Positions 17,389 through 26,583 of a DNA stretch of 41,127 nucleotides are shown one piece after another. The position numbers and the translations under genes were made by a program. Every line of letters starts with the position of its first letter. Positions within the stretch are counted from its first letter, which is position 1. A model generated the notes under the pieces. The model saw nothing but the letters and a program-made list of their open reading frames with translations. It had not been told where the DNA came from and searched no databases. Origin of the DNA: a virus; UHGV virus genome UHGV-1367297; one strand, given 5' to 3'.

Positions 17389-17786
17389 GGAACTGACATC
17401 TGTTTATTTTCTGATTTCCACATTTCCATGATTTCCGGCAGAATCTCATAGATATCAAATGTCTCGAACTGATCCAACCACTCGTTGATATCGTCCGGCT
17501 GGTCAGGATCGCCATGTTTATGCATCAGAAACGCAATGTTTTCAAACATTTCCAGTGATTCGATCGGGATTCCGCTTTCAAACTTACTTTCATCAAATTC
17601 TGTACCTTCTTTTGCGCATTTTTTCTGCATCTCGTCTTTGAGTTTTTCCTGGATCTTGATCTGCTTTTCAATTTTCTGCATATCTACAAAAATATCTCTC
17701 CCAAATTTCAGTCGATAAATCCGGGGGATTGCGGCAGAACTTTTGAATTTATATTCTGTTCCATTGATTGTGATCGTCTTTCTCAT
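17367..17786 (-). CDS. Tail assembly chaperone (G-like), 139 aa, ending at a slippery run
   Basis: Its position between the major tail protein and the tape measure fits a chaperone. The product is acidic. The 3' end reads CCA AAA AAA AAG AGA GGG AAA TAG. Confidence 0.6.
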   Translation of the reverse strand: MRKTITINGTEYKFKSSAAIPRIYRLKFGRDIFVDMQKIEKQIKIQEKLKDEMQKKCAKEGTEFDESKFESGIPIESLEMFENIAFLMHKHGDPDQPDDINEWLDQFETFDIYEILPEIMEMWKSENKQMSVPKKKRGK

Positions 17787-17798
17787 CCTGTTCTCCTT

Positions 17799-18335
17799 TT
17801 ATGCTGCAACTTCCTGATCTGGAATGTACACCTTATCAAACCATTTTTCGTATAAGTCATCTGTTGTATCTGCTGTTGTCTTTGCCCGAACTGCCATTTT
17901 CTTAGCTGTTCCAAGCTGTACAGCGGATGCAGAAACTGTGACAGTGTCAGTTGTAGGTTCAATCGTGTCCTCTGTTGTGCTGGATTCTGTTGTAGGACGT
18001 GTAGAGGTACAGCAATAGAACCAGAACCGTGTTCCCCTCACATCGCCGTCAATTTCAAATCCCAGCGCAAACCGTTTTACTTTTGCAGTCGCTTCCTCCA
18101 GCATGACTTTGTTCCTGTCAATGTATTCACTTAAAATCTTTTCCCGGAACTCATCCGTGATCAGCGCCATTTCCCAGTCTCCCTCATATCCGCTATTGGA
18201 AGAAGAAACATAATACTTGATTCCATCCGCATAAAACGGTGTCAGTTCTCCCTGTGCTTCCAGTGAAAGCGATACGGAGCCAGGTACCGCAAACGGTGTA
18301 TCAAATGTAATTTCTCCCGTATCACTTTCCTGCAA
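17799..18335 (-). CDS. Major tail protein
   Basis: It is 178 aa and lies between the connector genes and the chaperone. It has a Thr/Ser-rich central region (TSTRPTTESSTTEDTIEPTTDTVTVS). Confidence 0.55.
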   Translation of the reverse strand: MQESDTGEITFDTPFAVPGSVSLSLEAQGELTPFYADGIKYYVSSSNSGYEGDWEMALITDEFREKILSEYIDRNKVMLEEATAKVKRFALGFEIDGDVRGTRFWFYCCTSTRPTTESSTTEDTIEPTTDTVTVSASAVQLGTAKKMAVRAKTTADTTDDLYEKWFDKVYIPDQEVAA

Positions 18336-18407
18336 AAGCGCAACATGCGCATTATGGATATTGAATTTGACTTTATCCTTTTTTGTTGCCTGTCTTTCTT
18401 TCCTTAC

Positions 18408-18725
18408 TTAGCCCTCCACTTCATATAATACTTCATACATATTTTCTGATTTAATATACTGTTCACTTTTCTGCCAGAAGAGATCTGCTGCATCAAGTGC
18501 CGCTTCTACACGTTCTTCCAGTTCAAAGTCCTTTTCATCTGTGTACAGTTCAATATAAACTTTGTCTGATTTAAAATATACCTTCCCATCTGCGGAAAAA
18601 TTTCTCGTTTCCGGAATCAACCAGCAAATAAAAGGAGGATTCACCGCCTCACATTCTTCGAAATGATGATACCTATATTCAATTTCCAGTACATCCAGAA
18701 TTGCTTCTATCCTCTCCCTTGTCAT
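18408..18725 (-). CDS. Tail-completion or head-tail joining protein (105 aa)
   Basis: It lies in the connector cluster of the conserved siphovirus gene order. Confidence 0.45.
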   Translation of the reverse strand: MTRERIEAILDVLEIEYRYHHFEECEAVNPPFICWLIPETRNFSADGKVYFKSDKVYIELYTDEKDFELEERVEAALDAADLFWQKSEQYIKSENMYEVLYEVEG

Positions 18726-19105
18726 AAATATCGTTCTATCCTTTCCTGTAAAATTTCCTTTGCGTGCTTTTCTGCAATTTTGATATGCGGGATCCCGTCC
18801 ACTCTTCCACCATTCCTCTTTGCGTGTCCTTTTTCCAGCAAATGTGTAATTCGGTATTCCGGCTTTTTGGAATATACCACCATATCATAGCGGTGCCTTC
18901 CACTCAAATTTTTGTCTCGTTTATAGCTCCAGTGCTTTGCATATTCACCGGTATCTCCTTCCGGTGATATGGAACGTAATTCCGCAGCTGTCTGCTTCGC
19001 CGTCTCTTTCACTGCCTTTTCCACTGCTTCCTGTACATCCTCACGATACGCATCTAACTCCTGCATGACTTCGATTGCTAACTGATCAATATTAATTTTC
19101 GGCAT
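18722..19105 (-). CDS. HK97 gp10-like tail-component or neck protein (127 aa)
   Basis: It lies in the connector cluster and its start and stop overlap those of its neighbours. Confidence 0.45.
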   Translation of the reverse strand: MPKINIDQLAIEVMQELDAYREDVQEAVEKAVKETAKQTAAELRSISPEGDTGEYAKHWSYKRDKNLSGRHRYDMVVYSKKPEYRITHLLEKGHAKRNGGRVDGIPHIKIAEKHAKEILQERIERYL

Positions 19106-19457
19106 TGTTTCTCACATCCTCATAAGTCGTTACTACCCTTTCCAGAGAAAGCAATAAACAAGGTGGCGTTTCATCGTATTTATTCTGGATCTGTATGATC
19201 TTGTACTGCTTTTCTCTGATTATGCAGATGTCCATCGTAGAAATGTCTTCTACCGGCAGAATTGCAACTACTTCGTCAATCTGATTGGATAATACCTTTG
19301 CCTCATAAAACCGTTTGATTCCTACTGTCCGAAACCCAAACCGGATTCCACAATGCTTTGTTTCTACAATTTTTCGCCCTTTCACGCTGCAGATATCCAA
19401 CATTCCGTCATTAAATGTGACAAATTTTGTATCTTTACGTCTTGGCATCACAACCAC
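19092..19457 (-). CDS. Head closure or head-tail adaptor protein (121 aa)
   Basis: It lies in the connector cluster. Confidence 0.45.
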   Translation of the reverse strand: MVVMPRRKDTKFVTFNDGMLDICSVKGRKIVETKHCGIRFGFRTVGIKRFYEAKVLSNQIDEVVAILPVEDISTMDICIIREKQYKIIQIQNKYDETPPCLLLSLERVVTTYEDVRNNAEN

Positions 19458-19731
19458 CTGCTTTCCTCTGAAAACTGCGCATCTGCAGGGATATGATTTC
19501 CGATTTATAGTTTTTTATAAACTCGTCCACCTGACCGGCTCTTGCATACATACAATAATTTAACAGCAGATCTTTTTCCTGTGTTTCGCTTTCAAAATCG
19601 CATTGTCCGATTTTCCCCTCAAGATACTTTTCCCCTCTTTCTACAATACCAGAGAGCTTTTTGCGCTCTCTGATATCCATATCCCATGTAATGTCCAGAA
19701 AATTTCTCACATCTTCTAAAAGATCACTCAT
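19435..19731 (-). CDS. Head-tail connector (gp6-like) protein (98 aa)
   Basis: It lies immediately downstream of the major capsid gene. Confidence 0.45.
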   Translation of the reverse strand: MSDLLEDVRNFLDITWDMDIRERKKLSGIVERGEKYLEGKIGQCDFESETQEKDLLLNYCMYARAGQVDEFIKNYKSEIISLQMRSFQRKAGGCDAKT

Positions 19732-19733
19732 GA

Positions 19734-21179
19734 TTATCCCTCATTCTTCGTTACCGTCACCTGATACGTCTTGGTTGTCTTCCCGTCTGTTACTTTTGCT
19801 TTCACAACATTTCCAGCCCCAGAAGCCCATGTAACTCTGCTGCCGTTTGCAATCGGTTTATCATTGTATGTCAATTCCAGTTCTGCAGTACTGTCTGCAA
19901 TTACCGCCTGCACCGTATTTGATGCATCCGTTGTTGTCAGGGTGTATGTCAATTCTCCTTCTGTAAATTCTGGTGTCAGCGTGTGTCCACCCACCTTAAA
20001 ATCTGCAAGATTTGCATTTTCCACATTTTCTACACTTGGAACAACTTCCACTTCATAATGTGCTGGCTGCAGATCACTGATATCCAAAAGCATGAAGGCA
20101 TTATCATCTACTGCAAATCCATGACCATACGTTTTGATCAGGTAAACCCTTTCATCTTCCAGGAATCTGTAATCATCTGAATACAAGATTCTTCCGTTAT
20201 TTTCGATTCCAGCTCCCATGAGGTAAAGCTTTGCCATACCAAATACAGCCTTTCCGACTCCTACCGCCGGAGACTGGATCACATCGATTGGGAATGGCAG
20301 TGTACTTACATATCCACCGCCCGGCGCCGGTCTCTGTGTTGCCGACAGGACTTTACTGAAATAATCTGACGGATTTACCACCAGAATCAGTGTGTCTACG
20401 GTTCTTGCCTGTCCTTTTTCATTGATTGCCAGAACAGATGCCAATTTTCCAAGCTGCACATCATTAAACTTTGTAACCTTTACTGCTTTTTTATCTGGAT
20501 ATACTCCACCCTTGATCGTAACAGAGTCTCCCACCTGTTTTGTCATACCGATTGGCATGTCTTTTCCAGTTCCATTGATGATACCGTCTTCCAATCCATT
20601 TGCAAGCGCTTCATACAGAACCTGTCTCACATAAGCATCCAACCATTCTGGCCCCAGATCCAACATTGCTTTACACACCGGAAGAAATGCTGACAGTTTG
20701 CTCAGTGTCACATCTACCTCTTTAAATCCGGATGTCAGCTCCTGGATGATCTCTGCGCAAAGTTTTCCCCATGCTGCTTTCTGATATCCATTCGTATTCA
20801 TCATCATTCGTGTCAACCCTGTTACGGATGTAAACTGGATTTTGGACAACAGCGGATGATCTGTTTTCAAATCTTCGAATACTTTGTCAATTACGGTATA
20901 TGGCATTACCACATCCAGATTTTCTACTGCCTGTTTCGGATTCGGTGCTTTCATGGCTTCTGCCAGTTTCTGATAATATTCTTTTTCTTTGGATGTCAGC
21001 TGTCTTACGCCGCGCTCAGACAGAATTCTCTGATCTGCTTCTTCTACGATTCCCCGTGCCTGTTCTATGACACTTTCCTGAATCTTATCGCACAGCTCCA
21101 CAAACGCTGCCTGGAACTGCTCTGCATCTCCGGCTGTGATTGCCTCATTCATCTTCTGTACGATTGCTGTTTTTTCCAT
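19734..21179 (-). CDS. Major capsid protein (HK97 fold) with a C-terminal Ig-like (Big_2-type) decoration domain
   Basis: It is about 380 aa of capsid-like sequence and lies directly after the prohead protease. The C-terminal ~100 aa are T/V-rich and beta-sandwich-like (…LTYTLTTTDASNTVQAVIADSTAELELTYNDKPIANGSRVTWASGAGNVVKAKVTDGKTTKTYQVTVTKNEG). Confidence 0.75.
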   Translation of the reverse strand: MEKTAIVQKMNEAITAGDAEQFQAAFVELCDKIQESVIEQARGIVEEADQRILSERGVRQLTSKEKEYYQKLAEAMKAPNPKQAVENLDVVMPYTVIDKVFEDLKTDHPLLSKIQFTSVTGLTRMMMNTNGYQKAAWGKLCAEIIQELTSGFKEVDVTLSKLSAFLPVCKAMLDLGPEWLDAYVRQVLYEALANGLEDGIINGTGKDMPIGMTKQVGDSVTIKGGVYPDKKAVKVTKFNDVQLGKLASVLAINEKGQARTVDTLILVVNPSDYFSKVLSATQRPAPGGGYVSTLPFPIDVIQSPAVGVGKAVFGMAKLYLMGAGIENNGRILYSDDYRFLEDERVYLIKTYGHGFAVDDNAFMLLDISDLQPAHYEVEVVPSVENVENANLADFKVGGHTLTPEFTEGELTYTLTTTDASNTVQAVIADSTAELELTYNDKPIANGSRVTWASGAGNVVKAKVTDGKTTKTYQVTVTKNEG

Positions 21180-21202
21180 TTCTAATACATCTAAATTTTT
21201 CC

Positions 21203-21928
21203 TTAAATCATGCCTCCTCTAAAAAGATTTAATACATTGTTTTTTCTTGGTTTCTTGTCTTCCTGTGGTTTCTGCATTGCTGCAATCTGCTGCCGGAAGC
21301 TCTCCTGACTATTTAACTGTCTTTGCATATCGGACAGCTTCTCCAGAATCTCTTCTGTATTGACCGGTTCTGCTGTCTTTCCCATGATCTCATCAATGAG
21401 TCCATATTCCAGCGCCTTTTCCGGAGTGAGGTAAGTCTCATTTTCCATTAACTCAATCAACTCACTTTCCTCAATCTTCGCCCTTTCCAGAAAAACTTGC
21501 CGGTTTGCTTCCATCATGTCATCCAGATCATCGGCATATTTTCTCAGTTGTGTTGCATTGCCCGAGCAATACATCCACATATTGTGTATCAGTGCCGTTG
21601 TACCTAAACACATTTTTCTTGTGTCACACGCCTGTAGAATCAAAAACGCAACACTGTGTGCCACGCCATCCACAATCCCGACTTTCTGGTTTTGTTTTTG
21701 CTTCAGTAAATTGTAAATAGCAACGCCCTCTTTTACGGATCCACCATTTGAGTTGATATGCAGCTCAATTGTCTGTCCTTCTGGAATTTCACTCAGTTTC
21801 TCTGCAAAATATTTCGCGGAAGTCTCCGAGTCCTTATATTCCCATGCGTTCCAGTCAAATTCTCCATATTCTGTCACATCATCATAAATGTACAGAAGTG
21901 TTTTGTTCTCTGCCTGAACGGGCTGCAT
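21203..21928 (-). CDS. ClpP-family prohead protease
   Basis: ClpP-like motifs are present (INSNGGSVKEGVAIYNLLKQ…AHSVAFLILQACDTRKM…ALIHNMW). It lies between the portal and the capsid. Confidence 0.8.
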   Translation of the reverse strand: MQPVQAENKTLLYIYDDVTEYGEFDWNAWEYKDSETSAKYFAEKLSEIPEGQTIELHINSNGGSVKEGVAIYNLLKQKQNQKVGIVDGVAHSVAFLILQACDTRKMCLGTTALIHNMWMYCSGNATQLRKYADDLDDMMEANRQVFLERAKIEESELIELMENETYLTPEKALEYGLIDEIMGKTAEPVNTEEILEKLSDMQRQLNSQESFRQQIAAMQKPQEDKKPRKNNVLNLFRGGMI

Positions 21929-21965
21929 TCTCCAGTTTGTTATGTTTTTCCTTGTCTCACCCCTT

Positions 21966-23129
21966 TCACTCTGTGGTTTCTATATCCAATCCTGCAAGCA
22001 GGTCTTGAATCTTACTATAATTTTTCGTCATAAAGTGCTGGTTTGCCCAGTCTTCTTCAATTCTCGGTTTTCCGAGCACTTCTAAAATATCATTGATCGT
22101 AAATGCTCCGCTTGAGATCAGCTTGTCTACTGGAGTTGCAATATCAAAAATATCAATATGCTTGACTGCCAGAGTCTCTATCTTTACATAATTTCCAGCT
22201 TTAAATCCTGTGTATCCATTTCTCTTTCGGTTGATCTCCTGCTGCAGCATCTTAATGAGCGGATCTATCACAAAGGTCAGAAGTTCATCAATCGCTTTCC
22301 CTGTATCCTGTACATCTCCTTTGGCCAGACTCGGTGGGAAAGAAAATGCTCTTGCTGTAAATTCAAAGATGTCATCAGCTAGAGACTTGATATCTCGTGT
22401 TGACTCTGTAGAATACGTCTTTCCGCTTTCTGAAATATCCTGATATTCGTATCCGTCAAACAATGGCAACACCGCACTGTCGCTTTCAAAGAAGTTCTTA
22501 AAATGCGTGCTCATCAACTCCTGGAATGTTTCATCGAAATTCTCACTTTCCTGTGCAATTGCTCCAATATTCAGGATTCCTTTTTTTCCTCTTGATTTTT
22601 TATAGGCATCCTGCGCATATATCAGTAATTTTGAATACGTTTCATACATCCCATTTGTGAGATTTCTCATATTTTCTGAGTTTAATTCGAAAAACATTAC
22701 TTCCGACATTTCCCGTGTTTCAGACAATTCGTAACCGTCAAATGTGATCCCGCTGAATCTGTACTCCTTCAATGCCAGCACCTCTTTGCTGTAACTGTCT
22801 GCCACATAAATGTGATTGTTTACTTCTACTACAAGGCATTCATTGTTCCGGTACAGCTTGCCAATCAGCTTATTCATGAATGACGTTGCATTCTGGTTCT
22901 GATTTGGTTCGTAATTCCAAAGATAATACTCCTGCCCTTTTACTTCTTTCTTCTTGATATACGTTTTAAATTCGCATTTGCTGATGGCATTTGCAATTTT
23001 ATTGACACAAGTCCAGAAAGCCAGCTCTCTCAGATATACTTCGTACATAGCACTCTGTACATCTTTATCTTTCATAATGTCATCCACTGTGATCCTTGTG
23101 GTACTGCTGCCTCCAAGTTTTTTGATCAA
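21966..23129 (-). CDS. Portal protein
   Basis: It is 387 aa and lies between the large terminase and the prohead protease. Confidence 0.7.
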   Translation of the reverse strand: MIKKLGGSSTTRITVDDIMKDKDVQSAMYEVYLRELAFWTCVNKIANAISKCEFKTYIKKKEVKGQEYYLWNYEPNQNQNATSFMNKLIGKLYRNNECLVVEVNNHIYVADSYSKEVLALKEYRFSGITFDGYELSETREMSEVMFFELNSENMRNLTNGMYETYSKLLIYAQDAYKKSRGKKGILNIGAIAQESENFDETFQELMSTHFKNFFESDSAVLPLFDGYEYQDISESGKTYSTESTRDIKSLADDIFEFTARAFSFPPSLAKGDVQDTGKAIDELLTFVIDPLIKMLQQEINRKRNGYTGFKAGNYVKIETLAVKHIDIFDIATPVDKLISSGAFTINDILEVLGKPRIEEDWANQHFMTKNYSKIQDLLAGLDIETTE

Positions 23130-23165
23130 CCAGTCTTTAATACTTAATTTCCTACGTTCACCCCC

Positions 23166-24878
23166 TTAATAACTGTAAACCTGTATTTTCGGTGTTGGTT
23201 TTGCCCGTTTCTGCGGCAGCACGTTTTCCACAGTCATCGCCGCTACAAATGCCATAAATGGGTCTGTTTTTCTGCTTTTTCCTTCTATTTTTCCATATAC
23301 ATAATTTCCCATATCGGCATCATCCTCTTTTCCTAGTTTTCTTCCATGCCTGATTAGTTTTGCATTATTGGTGGCCCACCTTAATTCTGGAGCATCTCCC
23401 CAGCGCAACCATTGATTTACAAAGCAGCTATCAATCAGAGGTGCCACTTTCATAATGTCTGATGGCCGGATCAGCTTCAGATTCTTATTCACTTTCATAT
23501 CAAATCCTATTTCCTGCAGATATTTTCCGATCAATGCAAAACGGAAATCATCCAAGGCTAAAGCTTTGATATTGTATGTGCGTTTTGCTTCCTGTATATA
23601 ATTTGTAAGCAATGACGGATGTATTTCCACGTCATCTACAAGCGTCAGTCTTCCGGAATCCGCCCATTCTTTCCATGGAGCCTTGATCCTCGGAATATCT
23701 TTCGAATTTAGGCACATCCATGAATGGCTGATATCAAACCGTTCATCTCCATCTCGGAAATGAAGATCTACGGAAGCCCAATCTGTTAATTTTGTATAGT
23801 CAATTCCACATACACAGCTCCATCTTTCCAGATCCGGCAGTAAGATGTTGGTCGCTTTGATATTGTCCCACTCCGTTACACTCATTTCTTCCGCATTTTC
23901 CGGAATATTCATTCGTTTTGTCATAAATGCCGGAAGTCTTCTCGGATTTTTCTTCCATTCCCTATATTCTTTCCTGATCTCTTCCATAAGACTTGGCAGA
24001 TATGGCAACGATGGATTTGCCATTGGCCAGTTTTCTTCCTGATCCACATCTTCCTTTTTATTCAGTTTACAGATAAATGGTAATAACCCATTATCCGGTT
24101 CGCCGCCCCGTAAGATCTGTTCGGAAGTTTCCAGCAGATCATCCAGCGGTCCTTCCCGCACATCACCATTTGTCGTGTAGTAAGAACGTCTTGGATGTTT
24201 CTTCTTACCAAGTCCTGTCGTAAAGACGTTTATATTCTTATAGTCTTCATATTGATGGATCTCATTAAAAATACAGATTCCAGAACGAAGACCGTCTTTT
24301 CCTTTCGGACTGTTTGTTCTTCCCTTCATAATAGACTTTGTTTTCAAGCATAAAACCTGTTCTTTCGTCCATCGGAAGAATTTCTTTAATTTCTTTATCA
24401 CAGACGGTCGTTCAAATGCGTTTATCACGTCATGGACTGGACGCATTGCCTGGTCCTCATTATTGGCGCAGATATCTACATCGTACTCTCTGATTCCATT
24501 ATGCGGGGACATTAAACACACTGATTCGAGCGCAATTGTACCATCTTTTCCCGCTCCTCTCCCCAACATACAGAATAAATCCGGCCATCTTGGAAGCCCG
24601 GATTCTCTCCAATATGTGCAATCGTGCAGTCCGATCACAAACTTCTGCCAGGGAAATATTTCTTCAAACGGGAAGTATTTTGACATCCCGATATATTTCT
24701 CCAACTGATCACAATCTATATAAATATCTTCATGCTCAAAACACCATTTTACATGCGCGACAAGCAGCTCCTGCTCTTCGCATACTGCATAGATCTTTTT
24801 CTCAACTATATCAATCCATTCCTGAATATATGGATGTATGTTACAGCTCATCTTCATCATCTCCCGAATCATCGCCAA
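23166..24878 (-). CDS. Terminase large subunit
   Basis: It is 570 aa. An ATPase-like N-terminal region (…MLGRGAGKDGTIALESV…) and a nuclease-like C-terminal half are present. It follows the small subunit. Confidence 0.8.
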   Translation of the reverse strand: MAMIREMMKMSCNIHPYIQEWIDIVEKKIYAVCEEQELLVAHVKWCFEHEDIYIDCDQLEKYIGMSKYFPFEEIFPWQKFVIGLHDCTYWRESGLPRWPDLFCMLGRGAGKDGTIALESVCLMSPHNGIREYDVDICANNEDQAMRPVHDVINAFERPSVIKKLKKFFRWTKEQVLCLKTKSIMKGRTNSPKGKDGLRSGICIFNEIHQYEDYKNINVFTTGLGKKKHPRRSYYTTNGDVREGPLDDLLETSEQILRGGEPDNGLLPFICKLNKKEDVDQEENWPMANPSLPYLPSLMEEIRKEYREWKKNPRRLPAFMTKRMNIPENAEEMSVTEWDNIKATNILLPDLERWSCVCGIDYTKLTDWASVDLHFRDGDERFDISHSWMCLNSKDIPRIKAPWKEWADSGRLTLVDDVEIHPSLLTNYIQEAKRTYNIKALALDDFRFALIGKYLQEIGFDMKVNKNLKLIRPSDIMKVAPLIDSCFVNQWLRWGDAPELRWATNNAKLIRHGRKLGKEDDADMGNYVYGKIEGKSRKTDPFMAFVAAMTVENVLPQKRAKPTPKIQVYSY

Positions 24879-25230
24879 CCGGCTTAATTCCTAGGCTGTC
24901 CAGTATTTTAAGCATTTGAGCATTGACCTTAATTCTTTGATCTATCGAGTCATTTTTCTTTTGCCCTTTTTGACCTCCTCCATTATTATATTCAACGATA
25001 GCGCCTCTCTTTTTAATGTCTGCGATCAGTTCGTTCTCCAGGTCCCAGAAGTCCATATATTTATCGACCAAGTCGATGTAATATTTCCCTGTGGTTCCAT
25101 TCCGGGCCAGCTGATCAAGAAGGTCCTCTTTAATTTCCACTCGCAATAATTCTTTTCTTGTTTTTCTCGCCCTTATACCACCCCCTCCGTCATGCGCGCA
25201 CGAGAAATTTCTTTTGTCGGGAGCACCCAC
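24841..25230 (-). CDS. Terminase small subunit (P27-like)
   Basis: It is 129 aa and lies immediately upstream of, and overlaps, the large terminase. It follows the HNH gene. Confidence 0.55.
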   Translation of the reverse strand: MGAPDKRNFSCAHDGGGGIRARKTRKELLRVEIKEDLLDQLARNGTTGKYYIDLVDKYMDFWDLENELIADIKKRGAIVEYNNGGGQKGQKKNDSIDQRIKVNAQMLKILDSLGIKPVGDDSGDDEDEL

Positions 25231-25298
25231 CGGTCTCTACGGGGCAAATTAAAACCCGATTTTTTCGACCGGGGGTATCCTGACAATTTGATTCTTCT

Positions 25299-25637
25299 TT
25301 ACCATTTTTCCTCTGTCAGCGGTTCTTTTTTCTTTTGCTTTCGATATCCATGAACCTCTTCATGACAATCATGACACAGACTGATCAGGTTTCTCCGTTT
25401 CTCACCTCTGAAGCTGTACCAGATTTCCAATGCTTTATCTGGATGCTTCTTTACATAATTCACATGATGAACCGTCGTTGCCTTTGTATACTTTCCACGT
25501 TTCTTACATAACTGACATTCATATTTATCAAGCTTTAACACCTGTTCTCTCAATGCTTTCCACTTGCCCCATGTATAGAATCTGTGGATATTTTCTCTTA
25601 TGCATTTCTTTACAAATGCAATCTCATGTTCTGTCAT
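25299..25637 (-). CDS. HNH endonuclease (packaging-associated)
   Basis: An HNH motif is present (CQLCKKRG…VHHVNYVKKHPDKALE…LISLCHDCHEEVH). The GAGGTGAG RBS and the position before terS are typical. Confidence 0.8.
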   Translation of the reverse strand: MTEHEIAFVKKCIRENIHRFYTWGKWKALREQVLKLDKYECQLCKKRGKYTKATTVHHVNYVKKHPDKALEIWYSFRGEKRRNLISLCHDCHEEVHGYRKQKKKEPLTEEKW

Positions 25638-25650
25638 ATTCTCACCTCAA

Positions 25651-25722
25651 TTGCAGGAGAAGGAATCGAACCTTCGACCTTCAGCTAAGGAGACTGACGA
25701 GCTTCCACTGCTCTATCCTGCT
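25651..25722 (-). tRNA. Phage-encoded tRNA-Arg (anticodon CCU, decoding AGG)
   Basis: Hand-folding the reverse complement gives a cloverleaf. The D-arm is GAGC/AGUGGAA/GCUC. The anticodon stem is UCAGU/GCUGA with loop CUCCUUA. The T-arm is GAAGG-UUCGAUU-CCUUC. The acceptor stem is AGCAGGA/UCCUGCA, with an A1-A72 mismatch. Confidence 0.6.
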
Positions 25723-25726
25723 ATAT

Positions 25727-25743
25727 TTGTGCGATGTCGCACA
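25727..25743. promoter_or_regulatory. Copy B of the 17-bp palindrome-containing motif (TTGTGCGATGTCGCACA), 4 nt 5' of tRNA-Arg at the head of the late operon
   Basis: It is a perfect 17/17 match to the copy at 5909-5925. Confidence 0.5.
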
Positions 25744-25823
25744 GTGTAGGCTTTTGCCCAGAGCCTTTTATCGTCTTTGCTCAGGACGCAGAAAAGCATC
25801 CGGCTTTCGCCAGATGCTCTCTG

Positions 25824-26030
25824 CTATTTTCCATTATTCACTTCTTCTACAAATTGCTTCATCAGCTTTGTAAGCTGTGTTCCCATCGCAACACCAGATT
25901 CTTTGCAGGCTTCCTTGAACTCTTCTGCTACTTTCTTGTTAATCTTATATGTTTTTGGAACTAACCCTGCTTTCTCATCCCACTTATCTTGTGGTCTCTG
26001 TTTCCTTTCTTCATTACCGAGCATGCTCAT
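25824..26030 (-). CDS. Ribbon-helix-helix-like small DNA-binding protein (68 aa)
   Basis: The block KTYKINKKVAEEFKEACKESGVAMGTQLTKLM fits a beta-strand followed by two helices, as in an RHH fold. Confidence 0.4.
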   Translation of the reverse strand: MSMLGNEERKQRPQDKWDEKAGLVPKTYKINKKVAEEFKEACKESGVAMGTQLTKLMKQFVEEVNNGK

Positions 26031-26171
26031 CCCTCACTTTCTTTATGAGGCAATAAACCAGCTTTGCTATTCCTATAGCAATGAAGAATATTCCTAACTT
26101 CCACAACATCCTTTACACAAATGAGCTTTCATGTTATATTTATTTTGAAGAAGGGCTTTCGCCCCTCTTAG

Positions 26172-26291
26172 CTAATTAAATAGCTTGTCGAGAATCATTA
26201 AAAGGATTCCAACGAATAAGTCCAGAATCGCACTGACCGCCAATGTCTTTATATCGATTTTGGACTTTTTCTTTTGTTTCTTTTTGCTCAT
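26172..26291 (-). CDS. Small membrane peptide (39 aa)
   Basis: A GGAGGTG RBS lies 9 nt upstream of the ATG. The product reads MSKKKQKKKSKIDIKTLAVSAILDLFVGILLMILDKLFN, a lysine-rich N-terminus followed by one TM helix. Confidence 0.4.
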   Translation of the reverse strand: MSKKKQKKKSKIDIKTLAVSAILDLFVGILLMILDKLFN

Positions 26292-26367
26292 TTGTATCTC
26301 ACCTCCTTACAACTATATAATACCACATACGTATACGTATGTCAACACTTTTCTCAGAGGTTTTTAA

Positions 26368-26441
26368 TCCGGACAACGGGAATCGAACCCGTGACACACA
26401 GCTTATAAGGCTTCTGCTCTAACCGACTGAGCTATGTCCGA
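26368..26441 (-). tRNA. Phage-encoded tRNA, apparent anticodon UAU (Ile, decoding AUA)
   Basis: The reverse complement folds into a cloverleaf. The D-arm is GCUC/AGUCGGUUA/GAGC. The T-arm is ACGGG-UUCGAUU-CCCGU. The acceptor stem is UCGGACA/UGUCCGG with a U1-G72 pair. The anticodon loop is CUUAUAA. The anticodon stem carries one A-G mismatch. Confidence 0.55.
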
Positions 26442-26454
26442 TCAACATTTATAC

Positions 26455-26490
26455 AAAAAAACGCCCTGCATTTTCATGCAAGACGCCCTT
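26455..26490 (-). terminator. Intrinsic terminator downstream of the late-activator/early operon
   Basis: On the - strand there is a stem (CUUGCAU-GAAA-AUGCAGG, 7 bp with a GNRA loop) followed by GCGUUUUUUUG. Confidence 0.45.
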
Positions 26491-26583
26491 TTGTAATTTG
26501 TGTGTGGTTTTACTGGTTGTCTTTAGGAGGAAAACTAAAAACACCTTAGCCGTCCAGCTTGTTCCTTTCGGCTTTATACCATA

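Noticed and set aside
19771-21185. + strand ORFs inside the capsid and protease region and at 21505-22033
   Set aside because: They are antisense to strongly supported capsid, protease and portal genes. They are Cys/Phe-rich junk translations.
26131-26171. GNRA-capped hairpin after the 39-aa peptide gene as a terminator
   Set aside because: There is no U-tract on either strand. It may be a stability element, but it was not called as a terminator.
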